64,000 nt of DNA from Methanobacteriota archaeon (GCA_002718195.1 PBDU01000011.1:91927-155926), one strand, 5' to 3'. Positions 19,659-29,234 are shown, numbered from the stretch's first letter. Notes: generated from the letters alone by a model not told the origin. Made by a program: numbers and translations.

Positions 19659-20302
19659 ATTCTCCTCAAATGCAACCTAACCACTCTTGCTAGACCTGTG
19701 TGTAGGTCGCTCTCATCCAAAATAGTAGAAGTAACTGCAGCATGCTCGATTTTGACTTCACCAGGTAAAGCGTCAAGGAATTCTTCCAGAACCTCATCCA
19801 AGTCCCAAAGTAAATCCATAGATTTTGGTCCTCCCGAATCCAATGGCATCTGTGTTTTATGGTATCCTTCAGTGATAAGATGTCCACCTTTTTTCAGTGC
19901 AGTTATGAACATTGGAAACTTTTCTTTTCTCAATTCACTTGGGGTGTGGAACCAAGAAAAAGCAATAAGATCAAATTGCTTTCTAGGGATTTGTAAATTT
20001 CTCAAGTCCGCAACATTGTAGTCAACGCTAACACCGTGTTCTACAGCAAGCATTTCACACTTGATTTTGCCTTGGGCTGAGAGGTCAAAAACTTCTGCAT
20101 TCCAACCAAGTCTAGCACACCAAACGGCATTTCTTCCCTCGCCATCAGCTGGAATCAATGCTTTGTTTTTTGCAGGAGGGGAGATTTCAGAAATGCGTTC
20201 TGCAAGCCATACATTAGGTTCTTTACCGTAAGCAAACTTCTCTCCAGCAAATCTATTGTCCCACATTTCTGCTGATGATTTCACTTTGTCTGACATTTTC
20301 AT
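19655..20302 (-). CDS. Class I SAM-dependent methyltransferase, small, TehB/TPMT-like
   Basis: Rossmann motif-I-like ALIPADGEGRNAVWCARLGW. Start placed at MKMSDK (20302), where the ATG overlaps the TGA of the upstream NFACT gene (ATGA overlap). The longer ORF reaching 20371 would overlap that gene by 72 nt. Confidence 0.6.
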   Translation of the reverse strand: MKMSDKVKSSAEMWDNRFAGEKFAYGKEPNVWLAERISEISPPAKNKALIPADGEGRNAVWCARLGWNAEVFDLSAQGKIKCEMLAVEHGVSVDYNVADLRNLQIPRKQFDLIAFSWFHTPSELRKEKFPMFITALKKGGHLITEGYHKTQMPLDSGGPKSMDLLWDLDEVLEEFLDALPGEVKIEHAAVTSTILDESDLHTGLARVVRLHLRRI

Positions 20303-22425
20303 TCCTCCTCGGTAATGTATTTCGAAAGAAGACCAATCTCTTCTTCGACCTGAAGATTGCCAGGCAAACATGGCAGAATATCATCAGTTGGCAATCCTGT
20401 AAATTTTGAAATTTGATTGGCAATGGTTTCTTTTTTCTTCAATCCATGTGAAACAATTACGTATCTACTGAACTTTTCTTTGATAGTTTCAGGGGTTCCA
20501 GCGATGAGCATGACTATGTTGTTGACACTGGCTAAGCCCAGTCCAATTTTCATGTTCAGGTCCTTGAACCATTTCCGCTGCCCTCTTACAATAAATGCAC
20601 CTTTGCCAACGTATTCACCAGTTTGAGCAGTTTTACTAACTTGGGCAGGTTTTACCGCATAAACAGTTCCATGTCCCTTTCCACTCTGCCATGCTCTGGA
20701 CCAGCAAATTGCCATTTGGGCACCTTCTTTGAGTAAATCATCAGTAATCGGAGTTATTTCTTTCATTTTATCTGAAAGGCGGTATGCGGGAACTCCGGGT
20801 GGAATTGTGGAAAGAGGTGTTGGGTCTTCTTCGAATCCTCTTATCGATTGTAAAGCGCATGATGGGGCACCGTGTAAATCAGCGTGAAGATACATATCAT
20901 CTGCTTTGAGATGTTTTTTTACCAGCCCATCATTTGACTTAGCATCCTTTCCTCCAACCAGTAATTTGTTATCACTTAGGATTGCATATTTGAATCTCTC
21001 AAACCAAAGGCGTTTACTTCTCTTGATCTTGATTATCTTACCATCTGATTGAGATTTGATTTCCTTCTTCTTTGCGGTTTTTAGCAGTCTTTCAGTTTCT
21101 TCTAATGCTTCTCTGGCACCTTTTGTCTTGTCCTTTTGCTTTTGAGCAGATTGGAAATGTGTTTGTGCGTTTTGGTAAACGCTCAGAGCCAAATCAAGCT
21201 CGACTTCTTTCCCTGTCTCACCTTGCTCATTAGGCAAGAATACCTTTGCTTTCTTTTCTTTTGCATTTACAGAAGAAATCCATGGAATTTCTTTGATGCT
21301 TTGTTTTACGTAATCCCACCCATTTTTTTCAACAGCGGAATTGATCTGTTCAATCAGTCCTTCGACATGCGACCATTCATTCTGAATAGCATGACCGATT
21401 TCTTGTTGCTGTTGTATCTTCTTATCAAATTTTGAAAGGGCTGTTTTTTGTTGGTTAAGCCTTCGTTCTAATTTTTCTACTGGAGTGGAATAACCTCTTC
21501 CCGGTGAGGCAAAATCCAACTTTTCCATTTCTCTTCTTTCGTGGGCTTGTGAGTCATGCTCACCTTTCCATAAGTCGACAGCAGCACACATCGACTCAGT
21601 TTCAAAAATAGTCATGCCTTTGTGGCTTGGTAGAATAACGGGTGAAGCCTCCACACATCTTTGTGCAATTTGCTTTTGCAATTCTTCATGATTGACCTCT
21701 TCTGGACCTTTGAATACCAAAAATGCTCCATTTCTTTCGATTAACTGTTTCATTAGCTGTTCCAAAGATGGCATTATGTCATCTGCATTGGCTTTTTTTG
21801 CCTCTAAGTTAGAGTCTAAATTTGACAATTCACACAATTCCTTTGCAATTTTTCCGCCCAAATTCAACTCTGAGGCAAGCGTGGCTGCTAATTTTTTCTC
21901 GCTTTTCTCAAGAATCTCTGACAACTCTGCTTTTGTAACGCAAGTAGGGTCTAAAGATTGAGGAGGAGGAACATATTTCTCGCCTTTTTTGAGTATTCTA
22001 TCCTTGTATTTAACGTGCGTAATCGGCTGGATGATTATATCATTTTCATCACATAGGATGATGTTTCCATTGTTGAAAACCTCCGTGTAGAGGTATCTTG
22101 GTCCGAATTTAGAATCAAATGAGAACTTGAGTATTCTATCAAAACCTAATTGCTCAACTTTCTCGAGTCTTGCATTTTTCAAATGTTTTCTTAGAAGCAT
22201 GGCAAAGGATGGAGGCACCATTGGCATCGGTCTATCTCTTTTTGAAGTATAGATTCTCTCTCCTCTAATCAGCACTAAATCAAAGCCGTCTTTGCCCTTT
22301 GGATTCATTCGCAAAACAACTTGCTCATAGTGAGGCATGTATGCCTTTTTGACCCAAGCAGATCCTATTTCTTGAAGCTCATTGCATATAGCCCTGAGGT
22401 CAAAACCACTCATGTCATCCTTCAT
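20299..22425 (-). CDS. NFACT-family protein (archaeal Rqc2/Tae2/FbpA homologue; ribosome quality control)
   Basis: N-terminal NFACT-N/FbpA pattern (FDLRAICNELQEIGSAWVKKAY..., VLRMNPKG), a coiled-coil middle, and an NFACT-R region (DDMYLHADLHGAPSCAL). 708 aa, as for archaeal NFACT proteins. Confidence 0.75.
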   Translation of the reverse strand: MKDDMSGFDLRAICNELQEIGSAWVKKAYMPHYEQVVLRMNPKGKDGFDLVLIRGERIYTSKRDRPMPMVPPSFAMLLRKHLKNARLEKVEQLGFDRILKFSFDSKFGPRYLYTEVFNNGNIILCDENDIIIQPITHVKYKDRILKKGEKYVPPPQSLDPTCVTKAELSEILEKSEKKLAATLASELNLGGKIAKELCELSNLDSNLEAKKANADDIMPSLEQLMKQLIERNGAFLVFKGPEEVNHEELQKQIAQRCVEASPVILPSHKGMTIFETESMCAAVDLWKGEHDSQAHERREMEKLDFASPGRGYSTPVEKLERRLNQQKTALSKFDKKIQQQQEIGHAIQNEWSHVEGLIEQINSAVEKNGWDYVKQSIKEIPWISSVNAKEKKAKVFLPNEQGETGKEVELDLALSVYQNAQTHFQSAQKQKDKTKGAREALEETERLLKTAKKKEIKSQSDGKIIKIKRSKRLWFERFKYAILSDNKLLVGGKDAKSNDGLVKKHLKADDMYLHADLHGAPSCALQSIRGFEEDPTPLSTIPPGVPAYRLSDKMKEITPITDDLLKEGAQMAICWSRAWQSGKGHGTVYAVKPAQVSKTAQTGEYVGKGAFIVRGQRKWFKDLNMKIGLGLASVNNIVMLIAGTPETIKEKFSRYVIVSHGLKKKETIANQISKFTGLPTDDILPCLPGNLQVEEEIGLLSKYITEEE

Positions 22426-23979
22426 TCAATTCTCTCCAATCTTCCATTTATTCTGTTTTTGAATTACTATGCCAGTTCTTCTTAGTGACATGAGGTGGCT
22501 TAATGTTTGGTCCAGGGCCAATCCTGGATGGGCGTTAGGCGTATCTTCATATGCTTTGATTGCTATTTCCTCAATCGTCTCAAGTCCTTCTTGAAGTGCT
22601 TCAAGAATTCTCTGATTTCTCAATCCTCGATGCTTGATGTAGTAATTCAACTTCTTCTGAGGCAGAGGTATAATCGGTCCATGGGAAGGGAAAATCAAGT
22701 GGGGGTTTAGTTGTTTTAGCCTTTGCAACTGCTCCACATATATCTCCATATTACCTGAATGTGGCGGAATTAGAATTGTTCCAATTCCAGCTACCATGTC
22801 CCCAGCAACCAAACCAGCGGGCGAATGAAGACAGATATGTCCAGGGTCATGTCCCGGTGTGTGTAATGCTGTCCATATGATATCTCCTAACTGGATTAAT
22901 TCACCATCTGTGATAATTTTTGAAACAACTGCCTTCTTTGATGCATCAATTGTTTGTGCAGTTTCTTTACTAGACCATATCGGTACATCGAATGCTTCTC
23001 TCAATAAATCCCAATCAGCCAAGTGATCAGAATGTCCGTGCGTGAAGAGAATCCCCTTCATTTCCCCACCATGCCTATCCACTGCATTGGCAAGTTTTTC
23101 CATGTCTTCTCTAAGTTTAATCGCAGGGTCAACAAGGATAAAATCCCTATTCGGTTCACCAACGATGTAACAATTTGTGTGTGTTGCAGGCGGGAGTGTT
23201 GCAGTTTGCACTGGCAAAACTTCGACTCCATAAGCAAACCAAATCGCTCTTTTACCGGGCTTAGTAAACGATAATTCTGCTGAAATTGCTTCAATATTAT
23301 TGCCATGCTTTGCTATCATTTTGATGAAAGTGTGAAGAAGGCTAACTACTGGAGGTGCGACCTTTATTTCATGCCTCATCCATTTTTCGAATATGTTCGA
23401 TGGTGTGTCCCACATAGCATCAACAAATTCTGTCTGCTCCTCTAAATCGAATTGAGGACATTCTTTCTTTTCACCCGCATGAAGATGCAAAAAGACATTA
23501 TCAAAACTTACGGGTGCAAAAGGAGGAGTAATTCTTCTGCTGATCACTTTAATTGAATCTTGAGAGCATGGAATTTTCCCGGATTTTACCAAAGGTAACC
23601 AATTTGATTTGTCCTCTATTACTTTTCTTCTTGATTCGAGGTCAACCAAAATCAGTTTCTCGCCATCCCAAGCAAATCCTAGTTCTTCAACCATTTCTCT
23701 TGACATTGCTGCCACGGCTTTTGCATGCTCTCCATCGAGTTGTGGCAACTCATGTACGCTTGTGGAATCAACTCTTGATAATCCACCGCCAGGAAATGCC
23801 CAAAATCCAGGGAAGGCAGGCATGGTGTCTGCTCTGAGCCCAAGTAGAACCTCTATGCCATTTTCACCGTTTCTTGTTAGTGTCATCGTGGTGGTTGGTC
23901 TTGGAGGTCTGCGTTCGATGCTAGCGAACTCAATCCCCTCCGGCCTTTCTGACATGGTTTCACCAATTTGTCCCAGCAT
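22426..23979 (-). CDS. Fusion protein: N-terminal Nudix hydrolase domain plus C-terminal metallo-beta-lactamase-fold hydrolase
   Basis: Nudix box GGGLSRVD...AAMSREMVEELGF (G-x5-E-x7-REuxEExGu). MBL motifs ILFTHGHSDHLADWD (HxHxDH) and HTPGHDPGHICLH. The stop abuts the start codon of the NFACT gene with zero gap. Confidence 0.75.
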   Translation of the reverse strand: MLGQIGETMSERPEGIEFASIERRPPRPTTTMTLTRNGENGIEVLLGLRADTMPAFPGFWAFPGGGLSRVDSTSVHELPQLDGEHAKAVAAMSREMVEELGFAWDGEKLILVDLESRRKVIEDKSNWLPLVKSGKIPCSQDSIKVISRRITPPFAPVSFDNVFLHLHAGEKKECPQFDLEEQTEFVDAMWDTPSNIFEKWMRHEIKVAPPVVSLLHTFIKMIAKHGNNIEAISAELSFTKPGKRAIWFAYGVEVLPVQTATLPPATHTNCYIVGEPNRDFILVDPAIKLREDMEKLANAVDRHGGEMKGILFTHGHSDHLADWDLLREAFDVPIWSSKETAQTIDASKKAVVSKIITDGELIQLGDIIWTALHTPGHDPGHICLHSPAGLVAGDMVAGIGTILIPPHSGNMEIYVEQLQRLKQLNPHLIFPSHGPIIPLPQKKLNYYIKHRGLRNQRILEALQEGLETIEEIAIKAYEDTPNAHPGLALDQTLSHLMSLRRTGIVIQKQNKWKIGEN

Positions 23980-24048
23980 TCAACTTTTGTCATGTAAGTC
24001 AATGCCTGCTAAAGTAGGCTTTGAATAACACAGCATCCTGCGCATGTC

Positions 24049-24246
24049 ATGGAGAGATACGATACCATCGAAGAAGAACTTGCTGCTTTGGCAGAAGCGG
24101 TAAGCATTCTCGAAGAGGCAGGTATAGATGCATTTCCTGAACCTAAACCAGTGAGGAAGTGGGCGAAATTCTCTATTGCAGCTTTCTCGACATTTATGAT
24201 GCTAACTTGGGTAACACAAGCGCTATTCAAGAGAATAAATCTCTAG
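24049..24246 (+). CDS. Possible small tail-anchored protein (65 aa); uncertain
   Basis: Only ORF in a 260-bp gap. Acidic helical N-terminus plus a C-terminal hydrophobic helix (FSIAAFSTFMMLTWV). No RBS seen; could be non-coding. Confidence 0.3.
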   Translation: MERYDTIEEELAALAEAVSILEEAGIDAFPEPKPVRKWAKFSIAAFSTFMMLTWVTQALFKRINL

Positions 24247-25280
24247 GAAAATAATCCAGATAAACTGAATCCTGCCTCATGGATTCCATCATCAGTAATC
24301 TCAACAGAAACTAGGGTTACATCTCTGACAGGTTTGTCGCCTTGACCAGTCTCAACTTCGGAAATTTCTGTGATAACATCTAGTCCGTCAGTTACCATTC
24401 CGAAAACCGTGTGAACTCCGTTCAAGTGACTTGGTGTTGAGTCAGATGGAACGATGAAGAACTGTGATCCACCTGTATTTGCAGCACTAGTTTTTGCCAT
24501 TGAAAGAGCGCCAGGAGTATGGATTCTTCCGTTGTTAGCCTCGTCAGGAATAGTCCAAGCAGATCGGGCGCACTCGGATTGAGAATCTCTTACTTGCCCA
24601 TTACAATAGCCATACCATGCTCCAGCATGTCCGCCAGTGCCATCACCATTTGTGAAATCTCCACCTTGTATCATGAAATTATCTATGATTCTGTGGAATT
24701 TCACGTTGTCGTAATCGCCATTTTCAGCCAAGGTGATGAAGTTTTCAACGTGGACAGGAGCATCGGCTCTGTACAAATCCATGGTAATAGTTTCAGTCTT
24801 GAACAAACCATCATTAGTGGTGTACGTAATCGTCATTTCTGCTTCACCAGTGCCCAGTGTACCTTCTGTAGCAGATTGGGAAACAGATAGCACCGCAAGG
24901 ATAGCGATCAAGGCAATAAATCCAAATGTTACTCCTGCGATAGTAGGTGTTCCATCTTGTACCAGAGGTGGGAAAGCGTGTTCTGAGATTCTTTTTTCGT
25001 TCATTTCGTTAAGGATGTTATTGTATCCCGAGCTCACCTTCTTGTCCTTTGGGTTGATCTTCAAAGCCTTGCGATAATTTTCAGCGATTTTCCTGTATTC
25101 TTTTGCTGTTGGCTCCTTGCCTGCCTCATTTCTTCTTACTTCAGCAGCAAGTCTCCAAGTTGTTGCAAACTCACCAAGTTCATCAACTTCTAATAGAGAA
25201 TCGATTACTCCCTTTGTTTTACCTGATGAAATCTTCTTTTCTGCTTTCTTCCAAGCCTCTTGCCTTTTCTCGGCGGACAT
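24243..25280 (-). CDS. Cyclophilin-type peptidyl-prolyl cis-trans isomerase with an N-terminal extension and TM anchor
   Basis: Cyclophilin core FHRIIDNFMIQGGDF, HTPGALSMAK, GSQFFIV, HTVFGMV. N-terminal 100 aa are charged followed by the TM helix GVTFGFIALIAILAVLSV. Confidence 0.85.
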   Translation of the reverse strand: MSAEKRQEAWKKAEKKISSGKTKGVIDSLLEVDELGEFATTWRLAAEVRRNEAGKEPTAKEYRKIAENYRKALKINPKDKKVSSGYNNILNEMNEKRISEHAFPPLVQDGTPTIAGVTFGFIALIAILAVLSVSQSATEGTLGTGEAEMTITYTTNDGLFKTETITMDLYRADAPVHVENFITLAENGDYDNVKFHRIIDNFMIQGGDFTNGDGTGGHAGAWYGYCNGQVRDSQSECARSAWTIPDEANNGRIHTPGALSMAKTSAANTGGSQFFIVPSDSTPSHLNGVHTVFGMVTDGLDVITEISEVETGQGDKPVRDVTLVSVEITDDGIHEAGFSLSGLFS

Positions 25281-25456
25281 GATTCTCCGAAATTTCTCTT
25301 AGTTTTATGCATCACCCTAAACTTCGACGAAATCAAGGTTTGCAAGGTGAAATTAACAGAACCCAACGGCAACATGTTCAAAGAGTGGTTTCATACCCGG
25401 TGGACATCAATGAAATGCGAATCACAACTCGCATCAATTTGAAGGGGAAAAACGAA
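25281..25456. promoter_or_regulatory. Divergent intergenic region between the cyclophilin gene (minus strand) and the 2-oxoacid:ferredoxin oxidoreductase alpha/beta genes (plus strand)
   Basis: A 176-bp non-coding gap with a TATA-like tttatgca, and GAAGGGGA 8 nt upstream of the alpha-subunit ATG. Confidence 0.3.
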
Positions 25457-27244
25457 ATGGGAAAAGTCGTCAATGACTTCACAATAAACATCGCTACTGC
25501 AAACGGTACAGGTTCTCAGTCTGCCAATTTAATTCTCCTTCAATCTATTTTTGATATGGGAATAAATATCAGCGGAAAGAATCTCTTCCCATCAAATATC
25601 TCCGGTTTGCCAACATGGTACATTTTGAGAATCAGCGACAATGGCTATCAAGCACCAGGCGATTTGACAAATATCCAAGTGTTAGTCAACAAAGATACAT
25701 GGGAAGCAGATTTGGGTTCTGTTGAGCCGGGAACAGTTGTGATTTGGAATTCAGATGCAAAAATGGCAATGGATAGGGAAGATGTAATTTCTTATCCAGT
25801 CCCAATGACAAAAATGGCTAGAACACTTAATCCAAAACTTGCAAAGTTAGTTACAAACATCATTTATGTCGGAGTTCTCGCAGAAATGCTTGGTATCGAG
25901 CAAAGCGCCTTGGAATCAGCAGTTGAAAAGCAATTTTCTGGTAAAGCAAGTGCTATCGAACTGAATACTAAGGCACTATCTCTCGGGAGAGATTATGCAA
26001 AAGACGAACTTGAAAAGCAGGACGAATTCGTTCTAGAGGCTAGAGTTAGGGACCAAAAACAATTCTTCATCGAAGGCAATGAGGCAGCGGCTTTAGGTGC
26101 TATTTACGGAGGAGTTCAACTCCTGGCATGGTATCCAATTACTCCATCTTCATCACTTGCTGAAGGGATCATCAATTGGATTCCTAAACTTAGAAGAGAT
26201 GATGATGGAAGCGACAACTGTGCAGTTGTACAAGCCGAAGATGAATTGGCTGCGGCTGGTATGATTATCGGTGCTGGCTGGGCTGGTGGAAGAGCGATGA
26301 CTGCAACATCCGGACCTGGTATTTCTCTTATGCAGGAATTTATCGGACTAGCGTATTTCGCTGAAGTCCCTTGTGTATTCTGGGATGTCTGCCGTGTCGG
26401 TCCTTCGACTGGATTGCCAACAAGAACCCAGCAGTCTGACTTACAAATGCTGTATGAAGGGTCTCACGGAGATACACAACATATCGTATTGATTCCTGGT
26501 ACAGTTGAAGAATGCTTCGAGTTTGGTTGGAAAGCATTTGACATCTCAGAACAATTTCAAACTCCAGTGTTCGGTTTGAGCGACTTGGATTTAGGAATGA
26601 ACAGATGGGCAACAACGGGCTTTGAATATCCGGATGAAGACATGAATCGAGGCAAAACAATTCGAGACAAAGACCTCTTCGAGGCAATGGAAGATTTCGG
26701 ACGATACAAGGATGTCGATGGAGATGGTGTTCCTTACAGGACCCTTCCTGGATCTGGAATGGCTCCAATCCTATATCGTGGAACAGGTCATGACAAGTAT
26801 GGTGTATACTCCGAAAAACCTCATATTTATCACGACCTAATGGAGCGTTTGAAGAGAAAAATAAATGGTACAAGAGACCACTTACCTGCTCCAATAATCA
26901 GAGAAGAGCCCGAGTGTGAAATAGGTGTAATCTACTTTGGAAGTATGGAAAACTCAATCCAAGAAATTGACGACATTGTCGAATCTAAAGGATACAAAAT
27001 GAGTCAACTGAGAGTCAGGGCACTACCACTTCACAACGACGTTGAGGAATTTGTTCGCCAACACAAGCACGTAATCGTCATGGAAATTAACAGGGATGCT
27101 CAACTTTGGGGAATTTTGAGGAAAGAGCTTCCAGACGATTTGGTTTCAAGAGTTAGCTCGGTTGCGTACAGCGATGGAATGCCGCCATCTGGATCTAAAT
27201 TTGCCGACCTTATTCTAGCAAAACTACAGGAGGTTTCACAATGA
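25457..27244 (+). CDS. 2-oxoacid:ferredoxin oxidoreductase, fused gamma-alpha subunit
   Basis: The N-terminal gamma-like domain starts at MGKVVNDFTINIATANGTGSQSANL, preceded by a GAAGGGGA RBS-like element. The alpha domain has GAAYGGV.., GPGISLMQE. Its stop overlaps the start of the beta subunit gene. Confidence 0.8.
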   Translation: MGKVVNDFTINIATANGTGSQSANLILLQSIFDMGINISGKNLFPSNISGLPTWYILRISDNGYQAPGDLTNIQVLVNKDTWEADLGSVEPGTVVIWNSDAKMAMDREDVISYPVPMTKMARTLNPKLAKLVTNIIYVGVLAEMLGIEQSALESAVEKQFSGKASAIELNTKALSLGRDYAKDELEKQDEFVLEARVRDQKQFFIEGNEAAALGAIYGGVQLLAWYPITPSSSLAEGIINWIPKLRRDDDGSDNCAVVQAEDELAAAGMIIGAGWAGGRAMTATSGPGISLMQEFIGLAYFAEVPCVFWDVCRVGPSTGLPTRTQQSDLQMLYEGSHGDTQHIVLIPGTVEECFEFGWKAFDISEQFQTPVFGLSDLDLGMNRWATTGFEYPDEDMNRGKTIRDKDLFEAMEDFGRYKDVDGDGVPYRTLPGSGMAPILYRGTGHDKYGVYSEKPHIYHDLMERLKRKINGTRDHLPAPIIREEPECEIGVIYFGSMENSIQEIDDIVESKGYKMSQLRVRALPLHNDVEEFVRQHKHVIVMEINRDAQLWGILRKELPDDLVSRVSSVAYSDGMPPSGSKFADLILAKLQEVSQ

Positions 27245-28287
27245 GCGATAGACCTGCAAGAGCAATAAAACTGAATGTAATTAACGAACCTAAAGATTCC
27301 TACACCGGAGGAAAATCTACTCTTTGCCCTGGGTGTGGGCACGACCAAATTTCAAGCGTTATTATCAACGCAGCATGGGAAAATGGAATTGACCCTACCA
27401 AGATAGCAAAAATGTCCGGTATCGGTTGTTCGAGTAAAACTCCTGCTTACTATCTAGGGCAATCCCATGGATTTAACACGGTTCACGGTAGAATGCCTTC
27501 GGTAACAACAGGAGCTTACACTATCAACAAGGATTTACTTTATCTTGGAGTATCAGGTGATGGCGACTCTGCATCTATCGGTATTGGGCAACTAATCCAC
27601 GCTATCAGGCGTAATATGGACATGGTTTACATCGTGGAGAACAATGGTGTTTATGGCCTCACAAAAGGACAATACTCAGCGACTGCTGACATCGGTTCCA
27701 AGAAAAAGAAAGGAGCTCCTAACGAGCAACAACCAATTGACCTTGCTGCGCTAGCAATAAACCTTGGTTGCACTTTTGTTGCCAGATCTTTTTCAGGTTC
27801 GAAGAAACAACTTACATCATTGCTAAAGGCAGCAATGTCTCACAAGGGCTTTGCCCTGATAGATGTGATTTCACCATGTGTTACTTTCAACAATAACGAT
27901 GGTTCGCTAAAATCCTATCAATATGTTAAGGAAAATGAGATTACACTTCACATGACAGATTACATCGACAATAGACAACCAATGGAGGAGATCGAAGTTC
28001 CAGAGGGACACTTCCGTGACATCACTCTTCATGATGGCTCAACCATTAGGCTAGAAACCATTTCTGAAGACCATGACCCAAGCGATGCAATGGCAGCTCT
28101 GACAGCACTGCACAATGCTGAACAAGGCAAAAAGCACGTCACAGGATTACTTTACTTCAATTCAGATAAGCCAAGCCTTGCTGAGGATTTGAACCTACCC
28201 GATTCCCCGCTTTTGGACACTCCTGCTGATGTAATGAGACCTAGTAAGGCATCATTAGATGAAATCAATGCTGCTTTCCTTGCTTGA
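27241..28287 (+). CDS. 2-oxoacid:ferredoxin oxidoreductase beta subunit (TPP-binding)
   Basis: CPGCGHDQI, GIGCSS, and the GDGD TPP-binding motif. ATGA overlap with the alpha gene. Confidence 0.85.
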   Translation: MSDRPARAIKLNVINEPKDSYTGGKSTLCPGCGHDQISSVIINAAWENGIDPTKIAKMSGIGCSSKTPAYYLGQSHGFNTVHGRMPSVTTGAYTINKDLLYLGVSGDGDSASIGIGQLIHAIRRNMDMVYIVENNGVYGLTKGQYSATADIGSKKKKGAPNEQQPIDLAALAINLGCTFVARSFSGSKKQLTSLLKAAMSHKGFALIDVISPCVTFNNNDGSLKSYQYVKENEITLHMTDYIDNRQPMEEIEVPEGHFRDITLHDGSTIRLETISEDHDPSDAMAALTALHNAEQGKKHVTGLLYFNSDKPSLAEDLNLPDSPLLDTPADVMRPSKASLDEINAAFLA

Positions 28288-28325
28288 TATCGAGTGATTT
28301 TCCAATCATTAGTTTTGAATACTAG

Positions 28326-29225
28326 TTGGGACAATATACATTCATGGTACTTGGCGATAGCCAAATCATCATTTTCATTTCCTTAGGGATACTGTTGATG
28401 TTTGTAATTTTGCTGAGAAGGCAAACAGAAAAAAGGTATCTGGAAGATATTTTTGCGAGAATGAAATACGGTTACACCAGAATTGATCCAAGGGATATGG
28501 AGCCCATGGGAGCGATAAAAGCTCTTGAAGAATACAGGGATGAAATGACTGAACTTGGTGTGGAAATAGAATATCACGTCATTGAAAAATTAGTAGATGA
28601 AGAGTTCGAGCAAATTCGAGAAAAGTCTCTTGAGTATATCTCGATACCTATGGATGTAAATTACGATGAGATTGCTTCCGCTCCGGATTTAGATAACTTG
28701 CTGCGACAAAGAGATGAGTGGGTTACTGAAAATTTAGATGTATACACAGAATTAGCGGAAGTCGTATCTGAATCTACTTTAGGTCATGGTGTAATGGTTG
28801 TAGAAAACAGCGAGGATAATGAAATTGTAGAAAGAGTACAACGTGAAGGTGGGGACGAAGGAGAAGTACAAATCACCTTGGCATGGGATGATTACAATGA
28901 TTTGGACCTCCATGTATATACGCCAAAGAAGGAGAGAATCTTCTTCAACAAAAAGAAGTCAAGTTGTGGTGGAGAACTTGATGTTGATATGAATGTTAAA
29001 CCTGAATCCAATTCTCCGGTTGAGAACGTTGTTTGGAAAAATTCCCCGCCAAAAGGAAAATACAAGGTAGTAGTTCATTTTTATCGACATCACAAAAAAG
29101 GCGGTACTAAGAAGGAATCAAGGTATAGACTTCGTGTGTCGATAAAGGGAGTAGTTAGGGAATATACTGGCTTAATCAAAAAGAGACAGAGAATGCAGGT
29201 AATAACTTCCTTTACAATCAAGTGA
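28326..29225 (+). CDS. Membrane-anchored hypothetical protein with a C-terminal DUF2135-like beta-sandwich domain
   Basis: N-terminal TM (IIIFISLGILLMFVILL). The C-terminal region ITLAWDDYNDLDLHVYTP...CGGELDVDMN...KGKYKVVVHFY resembles the DLDLHV / GG.LD.D signature I recall for DUF2135 (YfaP-like). Assignment from memory only. Confidence 0.4.
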   Translation: MGQYTFMVLGDSQIIIFISLGILLMFVILLRRQTEKRYLEDIFARMKYGYTRIDPRDMEPMGAIKALEEYRDEMTELGVEIEYHVIEKLVDEEFEQIREKSLEYISIPMDVNYDEIASAPDLDNLLRQRDEWVTENLDVYTELAEVVSESTLGHGVMVVENSEDNEIVERVQREGGDEGEVQITLAWDDYNDLDLHVYTPKKERIFFNKKKSSCGGELDVDMNVKPESNSPVENVVWKNSPPKGKYKVVVHFYRHHKKGGTKKESRYRLRVSIKGVVREYTGLIKKRQRMQVITSFTIK

Positions 29226-29234
29226 TATCAAAAG

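Noticed and set aside
20303-20371. Long form of the methyltransferase ORF, starting at 20371
   Set aside because: It would overlap the NFACT gene by 72 nt. The internal ATG at 20302 gives a classic ATGA stop-start overlap, and the N-terminus MKMSDKV is typical for this methyltransferase family.
25307-25456. Longer N-terminal extension of the korA ORF (MHHPKLRRNQ...)
   Set aside because: The extension is basic junk with no homology. The MGKVVNDF start at 25457 matches the conserved N-terminus of gamma-alpha fusion oxidoreductase subunits and has an upstream GAAGGGGA element.
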